From an uncultured virus (IMG/VR IMGVR_UViG_3300029258_002658) (Duplodnaviria; Heunggongvirae; Uroviricota; Caudoviricetes), in the IMG/VR virus record IMGVR_UViG_3300029258_002658: a stretch of DNA of 64,000 nt. The stretch is one strand, 5' to 3'. A model generated the notes under the pieces. That model saw only the letters and a list, made by a program, of their open reading frames with translations, searched no databases and was not told the DNA's origin. A program made the translations under genes and the position numbers. Of the stretch, positions 1 through 7,965 are shown piece after piece. Position 1 is the first letter of the stretch. The number at the start of each line of letters is the position of its first letter.

Positions 1-113
1 ACTTCTTCGTCGGTGACGATCCCCTTCGAGGAGTAGCAGGTTCGAGCCGTGGCTACGCTGTTGTCGTAAGGGGTGCGGAAGCTGTTGTGGAGGGTGACTT
101 CGGGTCGGAACAT
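1..113 (-). CDS. thyX: probable FAD-dependent thymidylate synthase ThyX (5' part only; runs off window)
   Basis: Not in the ORF track. Manual translation from ATG at 113 gives MFRPEVTLHNSFRTPYDNSVATARTCYSSKGIVTDEEV. 'ATARTCYS' resembles the ThyX N-terminal AARxCY motif. RBS GAAAGGAAGG upstream. Only 37 codons are visible. Confidence 0.55.
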   Translation of the reverse strand, partial: MFRPEVTLHNSFRTPYDNSVATARTCYSSKGIVTDEE

Positions 114-141
114 GACCTTCCTTTCGGTGTTGTTTTCGGAA

Positions 142-537
142 CTAGTCTTTCTTGGCTGACTCTGACTTCTTCAGATTGCCACGCAGACGCCAAAACTCTT
201 CAGGCTCCACCATCTTAGCTGTACCCCCTCGCTCCAAAGCATCGGCCACCTGCTTCTCCATCACAGCTTCTTCCGCCGCTGCAACGTGACCGCGAACGGT
301 CTCAAGGTCAGGCCCAACTATCGCGCCGGATGTAGCCTCGGCCACACACGTACTTCCATCGGGGGCAGTTACAAGGTAGCCCGTTCTCCCCTTCCCTAAA
401 TCGTGCGGTCCGTCAGCTTCGACCTTGGTTCCCAGGGCGTAGTGGCACGAGCCTCCCATAACGAAAGGGTTGTAGGCCTCAGTCCAGATCTTCACCTTCT
501 TTGTAGCCTTCCTGGCTTTCTTCTTTTCAGCTGGCAT
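142..537 (-). CDS. hypothetical protein
   Basis: 131-aa ORF in the minus-strand operon; purine-rich RBS-like sequence upstream. Confidence 0.65.
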   Translation of the reverse strand: MPAEKKKARKATKKVKIWTEAYNPFVMGGSCHYALGTKVEADGPHDLGKGRTGYLVTAPDGSTCVAEATSGAIVGPDLETVRGHVAAAEEAVMEKQVADALERGGTAKMVEPEEFWRLRGNLKKSESAKKD

Positions 538-553
538 TGGCTCTCTTTCTAGG

Positions 554-1051
554 TCAGTCAGTCTCTTCGATAGTGACGGAGGACGCGGGTGCCCCTGCCT
601 TCACTCGACGCATCAACACTGCGACCAGTGCGTCAGCCACCTCGTTCTCGGGGTGGCCGTCGTGGCCCCGGATCCAGGTCCAGCTGACTCGCTGCTTGTG
701 GGATAGCACAAGTAGGACGCGCCAGAGATCGTCGTTAGCTACGCCCTTCCAGTCCTGCTCGATCCATCGGGTCATCCACTCCGTCATGCCCTTCACGAGG
801 TATTGACTGTCCGAGAAGACCTCGACCCGCAGGCCTTCCTTCTTCAACGCCTCCAAAGCGCGGATCGCTGCAACCAACTCCATTCGGTTGTTAGTGGTCT
901 CCGCCTCAGCACCGCCGATACGCTTCTGGAAGGTCACGGTGAAGGTGTCATCAGCATTTCTGGTGCCCCACTGAAGGACCGCCGCCCAAGCCCCTATACC
1001 ACCGGGGTTCTTGAGACACCCTCCGTCTGTGTAGATCCGTACCCGTTGCAT
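554..1051 (-). CDS. rnhA: ribonuclease HI
   Basis: Motifs IYTDGGCLKNPG, TTNNRMEL, SDSQY, WIRGH-x-GHPENEVAD. Start chosen at ATG 1051 (ORF track extends to TTG 1069). Confidence 0.95.
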   Translation of the reverse strand: MQRVRIYTDGGCLKNPGGIGAWAAVLQWGTRNADDTFTVTFQKRIGGAEAETTNNRMELVAAIRALEALKKEGLRVEVFSDSQYLVKGMTEWMTRWIEQDWKGVANDDLWRVLLVLSHKQRVSWTWIRGHDGHPENEVADALVAVLMRRVKAGAPASSVTIEETD

Positions 1052-1069
1052 GGATGCCCTTAGCTTCAA

Positions 1070-1336
1070 TCACTCCACCACCGAAAGCACGGCCTTGCAG
1101 CAGACGATGCACGGCCCGTCGTCCTTGGCATTGCCACTCCAACGCCACGCCCCTTCTGTGTTGTCGGAGTTCTTCATCCGGGTGACCCCCGGCACCTTCG
1201 CTCGCCCTGCGATCCACTCCAACATGTCACTGACGAGGCTTATGTCACTGGAGTACCGACGCACGGGCTTACCCATCTTCGCCGCCACACAGCGATTGAG
1301 TTCCTCAAGGTCAGGTTCAGCTTTAGCTTTGGCCAT
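1070..1336 (-). CDS. small phage protein, possibly ABA-sandwich (BC1872-like) domain
   Basis: Pattern ELNRCVAAKMG...YSSDISLV...ICCKAVL-like ending resembles the phage ABA-sandwich family, by eye only. Confidence 0.4.
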   Translation of the reverse strand: MAKAKAEPDLEELNRCVAAKMGKPVRRYSSDISLVSDMLEWIAGRAKVPGVTRMKNSDNTEGAWRWSGNAKDDGPCIVCCKAVLSVVE

Positions 1337-1350
1337 GTCTCGACTCCAGA

Positions 1351-1821
1351 CTAAGGGTAGACAGACCGCCTGCGGGATCGCCACGGAGCATCACGTCCAT
1401 AAGCTGTGGCGTACGGGCAGTCCTCGGGAGGGTCCGCGCCCTCGAACATGCACGGCTGGTGAGCCTCTGGGTACTCGGGGCAGCAAGCGCACATGTACTC
1501 GCGATCAGTCGAGTACAGGCGGTCGCAGTCGATGATCTCCGGTTGCCCCTCTCCGATCTCCAAAGCACCAACCTTGAACCCCTCGAACTCCGCCAGCTTG
1601 GCCTTAGCTTCCTGGACGGAGTCGGCCTCGATGAACCACGTCTCTTCCTTCTCACCGATCAAGCAAGACCGGATCTGCTTATCGGTTAGAGGGCCTTCAC
1701 GAGGTTCACCTTCGAGCCGGATGCCATAGCCATCTACGACGCGGTACTTTCGCACGGGGAGGTCGCCCATCGCTTCAGCGATGTAACGCAACACATGGAT
1801 AGGCACTCGGATTAGTCGCAT
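1351..1821 (-). CDS. hypothetical protein (Cys-rich C-terminus)
   Basis: 156-aa ORF tiling the operon. Confidence 0.55.
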   Translation of the reverse strand: MRLIRVPIHVLRYIAEAMGDLPVRKYRVVDGYGIRLEGEPREGPLTDKQIRSCLIGEKEETWFIEADSVQEAKAKLAEFEGFKVGALEIGEGQPEIIDCDRLYSTDREYMCACCPEYPEAHQPCMFEGADPPEDCPYATAYGRDAPWRSRRRSVYP

Positions 1822-1834
1822 CTGTTTCGTCTTC

Positions 1835-1957
1835 CTACAGGTCGTCCCTCCACGGTCGGTTCAACCAACACGCAGGGCACAAGACCGTCCCGTCTTACAG
1901 AGTGATGTAGCTATCCCCGATAACCCGAATGGGGCCACCGCAACGACTACACTTCAT
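1835..1957 (-). pseudogene. mini zinc-ribbon gene interrupted by in-frame TAA
   Basis: MKCSRCGGPIRVIGDSYITL*DGTVLCPACWLNRPWRDDL*: two CxxC pairs in frame on either side of a TAA at 1895-1897. Confidence 0.5.
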
Positions 1958-2405
1958 CAGCCTCTTGCTCCCCTCTAGCGTCGTCCAACGGCAACGGATG
2001 CCGCTCGCCTGTTGCCTTCCACTTTTGACCCCAACATCTGGTCCCATCACCCCAGGCCATGTTCCCGTTCGGCTCAATGAAGGTAAGGTGTTTGCCACAG
2101 GTTCCGTCCTTCTTGATGTGGCGCACCTTGACCTCCCCAAAGTCTACATGTCCTCCACCGTAGAACCCCTCGACTACCGCAGGCTGCCGGGACCTACCTC
2201 CCCAGTCAAGCAATTCGATGACATCTCCGATGTTAAGGCCTGTGAGTTCCTGCGCCATCTGAGCCTTGACTCTCTGGAGATTCGCCTGAGCCTCCTTTGC
2301 AGCTTCGTTAGCTTCATGGAAACGAGCCTTCGCGGCTTCCCATCCTGTAAACGTCTCGGGGCTTAGCTTTCGCTCTTCGATTGTACGTCTACGTTCTCTT
2401 TCCAT
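1947..2405 (-). CDS. hypothetical protein
   Basis: ORF with AGGAG RBS before ATG 2405; coiled-coil N-terminus then SH3-like beta region. Confidence 0.6.
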   Translation of the reverse strand: MERERRRTIEERKLSPETFTGWEAAKARFHEANEAAKEAQANLQRVKAQMAQELTGLNIGDVIELLDWGGRSRQPAVVEGFYGGGHVDFGEVKVRHIKKDGTCGKHLTFIEPNGNMAWGDGTRCWGQKWKATGERHPLPLDDARGEQEADEV

Positions 2406-2484
2406 GGTGTCTCCTAGCAATGCCCTGTAGCACCCTGGCATTCAATCGTGGTTGTGGGGGACTCGAATCACCACACCGCAACGA

Positions 2485-2691
2485 CTACAGTCCATCGGAC
2501 CCCTCCTGCTTACGGACGATGCAGTCAGGGAACGTCCAGTGCGCCTTGTCGTCCACATCAAACCGAACCAGAACCTGCCGGTGTTCCGGGGCAGATGGAT
2601 CGGCTTTGATAACCGTTCCCTGGTGCATTACGCCCAGGGTACGAGGGTGGAAGAAGCGAGCCTTCATTCCTACCTTCACGCTATCGACCAC
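2485..2691 (-). CDS. small hypothetical protein (SH3/KOW-like)
   Basis: 68 aa, VKVGMKARF...VLVRFD pattern; tiles the operon. Confidence 0.5.
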   Translation of the reverse strand: MVDSVKVGMKARFFHPRTLGVMHQGTVIKADPSAPEHRQVLVRFDVDDKAHWTFPDCIVRKQEGSDGL

Positions 2692-2703
2692 AACAAAACC
2701 CCC

Positions 2704-3195
2704 TTACCGAGGAACCCGAATCACCACAGCGGATTCGTCCCCGTCTATGCCCTGGAAATCCTCGCCCTGGAACTGCTGGTCAGGCCAGCAAGCCGCCATC
2801 CAAATCTCGATGACCCGAACATGCTCGGAGGTGGCCTGCTGCCCTCGGATGTCGAACTCGACCACCCACTCCTCCGGAAGCATTGTCATGGTGACAACCA
2901 CGTTCCGTCGCCGCAGATAAGCTACGACCGGATCCCCCGGAGTCTCCCGCGCCGTCTCCATCGCAGTACACGCTCCCTCGCCTATCCCTGTGTCAGGGAG
3001 GTTCTGGATGCGATAGACCTCGACGTTCTCATCAGACACTGGCTCGACCGTCGCCACGTTCTCGGAAGCCGGAGGAACAGGAGGACGAGACTCCCGCGAA
3101 TCCACACACTCGGTGCAGACGATCAGCAGGGAGCCGAAGAGGAAAGTCCCTCCGACGAACAGGACGGCTATGACGGCGGCTCGTAATTCGTTCAT
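2704..3195 (-). CDS. hypothetical membrane-anchored protein
   Basis: N-terminal hydrophobic helix; ATGA overlap with the upstream gene. Confidence 0.6.
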   Translation of the reverse strand: MNELRAAVIAVLFVGGTFLFGSLLIVCTECVDSRESRPPVPPASENVATVEPVSDENVEVYRIQNLPDTGIGEGACTAMETARETPGDPVVAYLRRRNVVVTMTMLPEEWVVEFDIRGQQATSEHVRVIEIWMAACWPDQQFQGEDFQGIDGDESAVVIRVPR

Positions 3196-4673
3196 GCTTG
3201 GTATCCGTGTCGAGTAAAGAAGTCAGGATCCTCCAGAGCCACTTCAGCCAGCTTCGCGCCCAGCTTCGCAATGGCATCGTGGAAAGCACTGCTCAGGTGA
3301 TCCGAAGAGAACTCGTGTGCGAACTCGTGCAACAGGAGCCGGTTGGTCCCCCGGTCGATCCGCTCGAACCAACGCCGCCCCAGTCGGACCAGATTGAAGC
3401 GCAGGCTACGGTCACCGTAGAACGCCGACGCCCCAATCCCCTTGTTGCTGACGATGCCCACATCCGGGACGAAGCCCAGCAGACGCTCCCCAAGAGCCTC
3501 CGCGTACTCCACTACCCGCCGCATACCCTCGGACCACTTGCCCATAGGTACAGCGTCACACGGAGCGTCCGGGCTCAGCAGAACCTTCGGACTAGGGGTA
3601 ACCTGTCCAGCGGGTTTGATGAAGCCGCCGCTCTTGGACTGCTGCCAAGCCGCCCTCGAAAGGCTCCCTCCCGCCACGACCGTATACCCCTTCGAGGCCG
3701 CGATCTTGTTGGCCTCCGGATCGCTCGGGTCATAGGCCACCCGCTTCTCCCCGAACCTCTTGGTGAGAATGGCCTCCGTCGCTTCGGGACTGCACCGCTC
3801 GTCTTCGAGGGCATCCGTAGCCCAAGTCGAGGCCGCAGCGTCCTCGTCCAACCGGGTGTGCATCTCGTTGGTAAGATACACGTTCAAGGAGCGGAGGAAG
3901 GACGGCGGCACGTTGTCCCGATCCATGTTCACCGGACACCGCTGTTGCACGTCTACGTGCCAAGGATAGTCCTCCCCCAAACCGACAACCGGGATCCCCA
4001 TCTCGAACAGTTGCGGCTCCTCGTCTTCGAGGCACTCGTATACCTGGACGGTCGTGTTGCGCTCGTACCGATTCAACTGTCCCTCGTCGTTGGCAGATTC
4101 GGTCAGCAGCCGCGCCTCGAACGACGCGAGCGGATCTCGCCGCTCTAGCAGCACCCCGTTGACGTAGGTATCAACAGGAGGGGCGGGAAGACTGTGGAGG
4201 ATGGCCTCGGCGGCAGTGTATGCCTCGCGGGTCATCCGCATGGTCCCCTCGAACACACTGCCCGCCGCCGTTCGCTTCCGGGATCGGGTGCGCCCCTCTT
4301 CCGTGAACCGCACAGTACCGGTGGTGCTACTCACCGAGGCTTCGGTGCAGCAGCAGAGGACCGCCTTCTCCCCGAAGTTGAACCGCCCCCTCTTGTTGGG
4401 GGACCGCCGCTTCGAGGTCTCCCGGAAGAGGGTGAAGGAGTCGCGGAGATTCTCGAACCCGTTCGGGTCATCGTCCTCCACCCGCACCTCGACTAGGGGC
4501 CTACCGGGAACTGGTTTCAGGATCACGTCCACACGAGTCACGTCCTGGTCCCACGCATTCTGGAGCAACTCCAGGATCAGGACATGGACGCCGCGTCGGT
4601 TGAGGATCTGGCTCAAACCATCCTTGTCCACTGCGAACCAGTCAGCGGACTTCGTAGCATTCGCACTCGCCAT
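3192..4673 (-). CDS. GHKL (Hsp90/MORC-like) ATPase with C-terminal HExxH motif
   Basis: ELLQNAWD (N box), VEDDDPNGF (G1), GRFNFGEK (G2); C-terminal LLHEFAHE...H; RBS AGGAGG. Confidence 0.8.
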   Translation of the reverse strand: MASANATKSADWFAVDKDGLSQILNRRGVHVLILELLQNAWDQDVTRVDVILKPVPGRPLVEVRVEDDDPNGFENLRDSFTLFRETSKRRSPNKRGRFNFGEKAVLCCCTEASVSSTTGTVRFTEEGRTRSRKRTAAGSVFEGTMRMTREAYTAAEAILHSLPAPPVDTYVNGVLLERRDPLASFEARLLTESANDEGQLNRYERNTTVQVYECLEDEEPQLFEMGIPVVGLGEDYPWHVDVQQRCPVNMDRDNVPPSFLRSLNVYLTNEMHTRLDEDAAASTWATDALEDERCSPEATEAILTKRFGEKRVAYDPSDPEANKIAASKGYTVVAGGSLSRAAWQQSKSGGFIKPAGQVTPSPKVLLSPDAPCDAVPMGKWSEGMRRVVEYAEALGERLLGFVPDVGIVSNKGIGASAFYGDRSLRFNLVRLGRRWFERIDRGTNRLLLHEFAHEFSSDHLSSAFHDAIAKLGAKLAEVALEDPDFFTRHGYQA

Positions 4674-4755
4674 CGGAACCTCCTGTAGGGTGAAGGTCGG
4701 GCTAGGGGGCTATTACGTATAGTGGTGTAACTCCATACTATTGTATGAAAATGGC

Positions 4756-4782
4756 CGAAAGTGAAAAACTTTTTCAGTTTCG
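4756..4782. promoter_or_regulatory. 27-bp palindromic site, copy 1
   Basis: CGAAAGTGAAAAA-C-TTTTTCAGTTTCG, 13-1-13 inverted repeat, intergenic. Confidence 0.7.
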
Positions 4783-4792
4783 AGGTTCGGTC

Positions 4793-6778
4793 CTACCCCA
4801 CCACCCGCAGCTGACCGTCTGCGTATTCCACCTGCTCGCCGCTATCGAGACGCACCCGAACGCCCTGGGGCGTCTCAGCCACCACTGTGCCTCGTTTCCC
4901 CTGAGCATCTTCAACAACAGCCTTACGGCGAGGCCGGAGGGGGAGCGCCCAACGGACCTTCCGCCCGGTCGGGCCTTTCACCTTCCGCCGCCGAGAGGGG
5001 GTGTCCCAACTACCACCTTTCGTCCTACCCTCTTTCTCGAACCCTGCGGCTCGAACACTCGCGGCCTCCTCCTCTTCGAGGGTGTAGGTGATTAGCTGGG
5101 TGTACCCGAGCCGCCGCGCCTCTGCCGCAGCTACCCCGTACAACTTCGATGCAGCGTTCCGCCGTAGCCAAGGATCGCCCCAGACACAGACCCGAGTGAC
5201 TTCCAGGGTACCGGGTCGGTCCTTCTGGAGAACACGGCTCACCGGACGACCTACGACCCCTACCCCTACACGGGTTCGACCCGACCATGCCTCGATACCG
5301 AACTTCCATCCCACGGGAGGGCCGTGGTGGGAGTGGTGCTTCTCGATGAGATCGAAGACTTGCTTCTGGGCACCTCTCTGTTTGGGGGTGACACGACCTC
5401 GCAAGGGCAAACGGATATCGCCCTCCGGCTTCACCTCCCGCACGTCCTCGGCACCACCCTTCAGTTCATTCACCAGGGCTTCCGGCGGGAATCCGTAGGT
5501 CGCCTCGAAGCCGTAGCTAAGGAGATGATCGCGCCAGTCAAGGCAGCAGTGTTGCACTGCCAGCGTATCAGGAAACCCTGACATCTCCCCCTGCTGGAGG
5601 ATATCGCAATACTCTACCCAGTCGAGGGTCTCACCGCAGTAGGGACATACCAGTTCGTCGCTGAGGAAGGCCATCAACGTTTTGTATTGGGTGGGAGTGA
5701 GGGACCACTTCCGGTGCCTCGCCTTCGACCCACCCACGGTCTCCCATCGAGTACGCACGGACTCCCAGTACCCTTTCCTCCCGATCCGGCTCTTCTCCTC
5801 CGCCGGGACGTGAGGTGCCCACAACTCGGACCGTTCCTTGCTTTCCTGTACATCGAAACCCTGGTAGTCGTCCCCTACGAACATCCACTTGTGATGCCAG
5901 ATCTCCGGGTCGGCGGGTGCGGCTCGTCGGGTCGCTGCCCCATTCGAGCGAACGGTGACTGAGTCTCCGACCGTAGGCTCATTGGCTTCATTGAAATCGG
6001 GAGAGTCGATGAAGGTAACGTCCCCGGTCGAGGATCGATACCGAACCATCTCCCAAGTGTGGTTCGGATAAATCTCCTCGGCTATGCGAACAGCACGGTC
6101 TAGTGCCCGTCGCGGTACGACGAGGTGGGCATAGTCCCGATGGACGTAGTGTCTACCTCCGATCACTTTCCCAACTCGACGCATTCCAGCCACGGGACCA
6201 CCTACTGTACCCACAGCCAGCGGCGTGGCTTGCTCTTCCAACCGTTTTCGTAGGGATTTGTCCCGAACTACGTAGAAGACCCCAGGTCCAGCTGGAACAA
6301 CCTCTTGGCCCAAGACCTCCTGGATCCAATCCGCGAGTTCACCCTGGGTGAAGTATTTCTGGAAGGTGTTCAGCGAAGTCCGAACCCCATCGCGGTAGGA
6401 CTCGCCTCCACCCTTGTTCTCCGACTCCAACCGGGCAGCTACTACCAGGGCCTTCTTTGCTGCCTTCCACGCAGTACGCAGTACCTTCGCCCTCTCCTTC
6501 GGATCTTCGATCACATTGACAACGTAGATCAATGCAACAACATCCGCAGGAGACCGGTCTCCCTCTGGTTCATAGTGAGGGTCATACCCACGGACAGAGA
6601 CGCCCTTCGCTCGGAGACGTTCTACATCTCCGCCCTTGCCGCATCCGTAGTCCAGAACTTCAGTACCATGGTCGATGACACCATCATCCAAGGCCATCCG
6701 AACGGGCCTAGACAACGACGACCGCTCGATAGCCGTGCGGTGCCGTTCGATGGAGGATCGACCAACAGTGAGGTACAT
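4793..6778 (-). CDS. multidomain DNA-modification protein: Dnd(phosphorothioation)-associated SAM methyltransferase-like domain, its companion domain, Zn-finger, and Mom/XF1762-like GNAT domain
   Basis: IERHRTAI..LSRPV..LDYGCGKGGDV..YVVNVIEDPKER..TFQKYFTQ (TIGR04096-like MTase); GK..YVH..FIDSPDF..PEIWHHK (companion domain); CPYC; HHSHHGPPVGWKFG..VGRPVSR..LEVTRVC..SKLYG..LGY..ITYTL..RAAGF (XF1762/Mom-like). Confidence 0.75.
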   Translation of the reverse strand: MYLTVGRSSIERHRTAIERSSLSRPVRMALDDGVIDHGTEVLDYGCGKGGDVERLRAKGVSVRGYDPHYEPEGDRSPADVVALIYVVNVIEDPKERAKVLRTAWKAAKKALVVAARLESENKGGGESYRDGVRTSLNTFQKYFTQGELADWIQEVLGQEVVPAGPGVFYVVRDKSLRKRLEEQATPLAVGTVGGPVAGMRRVGKVIGGRHYVHRDYAHLVVPRRALDRAVRIAEEIYPNHTWEMVRYRSSTGDVTFIDSPDFNEANEPTVGDSVTVRSNGAATRRAAPADPEIWHHKWMFVGDDYQGFDVQESKERSELWAPHVPAEEKSRIGRKGYWESVRTRWETVGGSKARHRKWSLTPTQYKTLMAFLSDELVCPYCGETLDWVEYCDILQQGEMSGFPDTLAVQHCCLDWRDHLLSYGFEATYGFPPEALVNELKGGAEDVREVKPEGDIRLPLRGRVTPKQRGAQKQVFDLIEKHHSHHGPPVGWKFGIEAWSGRTRVGVGVVGRPVSRVLQKDRPGTLEVTRVCVWGDPWLRRNAASKLYGVAAAEARRLGYTQLITYTLEEEEAASVRAAGFEKEGRTKGGSWDTPSRRRKVKGPTGRKVRWALPLRPRRKAVVEDAQGKRGTVVAETPQGVRVRLDSGEQVEYADGQLRVVG

Positions 6779-6781
6779 CAG

Positions 6782-7282
6782 CTAGTACGGCCCCGGCTCC
6801 CCGTCGTCCTCTGGAAGACCCCACTCGCTTTCCCATATTCCCATGAAATAAGCGAGCATCTCTGCGATCCCGTCCGACACGTTCACCACTGCTTTCAGAT
6901 CTACCTCGTCCCCATCCCCATCGTATCCGCGAACGAGGAGCCCCGACACTGTGAACTCTTTTGGACCGACGATGCTCGGCCTCGTCTCCTTCAACAGAAC
7001 CGGAACCATGGCAAGCATCTCGTTCCCGTGGTAATCGGTGAACCAGAACTCGTAGCTGCTATCCCTTTCGATGAGTTCTTCGCCACGGCTAGGATCCTCT
7101 TGCAGATCCACAGCCCGTATCGAGTCCTCGGGATCACCTTCAACATCCCGCAGGTGCGCCTCCCAACTCAGGAGGCCGATTTTATCCATCAGGTACTGCA
7201 TCAGGTTGAGTCGGCCCAGGAGGTTGTGTCCCTCCTGCCGCCCGATGGAATCCTGGATGACTTCGTATTGCATCTGAGCCAT
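6782..7282 (-). CDS. hypothetical acidic protein
   Basis: 166-aa ORF tiling between neighbours with 2-3 bp gaps. Confidence 0.65.
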   Translation of the reverse strand: MAQMQYEVIQDSIGRQEGHNLLGRLNLMQYLMDKIGLLSWEAHLRDVEGDPEDSIRAVDLQEDPSRGEELIERDSSYEFWFTDYHGNEMLAMVPVLLKETRPSIVGPKEFTVSGLLVRGYDGDGDEVDLKAVVNVSDGIAEMLAYFMGIWESEWGLPEDDGEPGPY

Positions 7283-7284
7283 AG

Positions 7285-7827
7285 CTACTTGCCCTTGATC
7301 TTAGGCCTCTGGATCTTGCGGACCTCCGGGTGCTTGTGGTGGTCCCCTAGAGGAACTGCTGATCCCGACTCGATCCACGGTTCGATCTCGCCTTCATCAT
7401 ACCGCGTGTAGGAGGTGAAGGAAGACTTCAACCGTCGCAAGGGCTCTGCGTTCTTGGTCTTGAGCCACGGTAGCTGCGGCATCTCTTCCTGCTGTTCCAA
7501 CAAGTACAGCACCAGTACTAGAGCCGACCCGACCCCGTGCCAGAAATCAAATCCTCGGTGGGTGTCCTGCTCCTCTTTGAAGACGGTGTAGTTGAGGAAA
7601 AGGTAGTTCGGATCCTCTGGCCCATGTCCCTCGATCCACCCCGCCCAACACAACGCTTCCACTTCGTAGCTGGCCAAGGCATCCGGAGATCGGTGAAGGG
7701 ACAGGGCCTTGTGACTCCCCTTGAGTTTCCAAAACAGACCCTGGGCTTCGACGGTTTCTCCAGCGACAAGACGCTTCGCCATCTCCAGGTAGGTGGGCTC
7801 AGGCTTCTGTTCCGATTCGCTCATCAC
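7285..7827 (-). CDS. hypothetical protein
   Basis: 180-aa ORF, AAGGAG RBS. Confidence 0.65.
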   Translation of the reverse strand: MMSESEQKPEPTYLEMAKRLVAGETVEAQGLFWKLKGSHKALSLHRSPDALASYEVEALCWAGWIEGHGPEDPNYLFLNYTVFKEEQDTHRGFDFWHGVGSALVLVLYLLEQQEEMPQLPWLKTKNAEPLRRLKSSFTSYTRYDEGEIEPWIESGSAVPLGDHHKHPEVRKIQRPKIKGK

Positions 7828-7869
7828 TTCACTCCTTGGGTAAGAGATTGGTAGGGCCTTCAGTAAACC

Positions 7870-7962
7870 CGATCAAGTAACCATCAAACAAGAGGGGCGT
7901 CAGGATCGGCTCCCAACGCCCTTCTAGTGGCTCGGATGGTTAGTCGATCAAGTAACCGTCAA
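7870..7962. repeat. 18-bp direct repeat pair flanking a terminator
   Basis: CGATCAAGTAACCATCAA (7870-7887) and CGATCAAGTAACCGTCAA (7945-7962). Confidence 0.7.
7886..7925 (-). terminator. probable intrinsic terminator after nrdJ
   Basis: Minus strand AGAAGGGCGTTGGGA..TCCTGACGCCCCTCT hairpin followed by TGTTT. Confidence 0.55.
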
Positions 7963-7965
7963 GCA

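Noticed and set aside
1895..1897. Stop-codon reassignment (alternative genetic code)
   Set aside because: TAA, TAG and TGA all terminate well-defined genes, and long conserved genes have no internal stops
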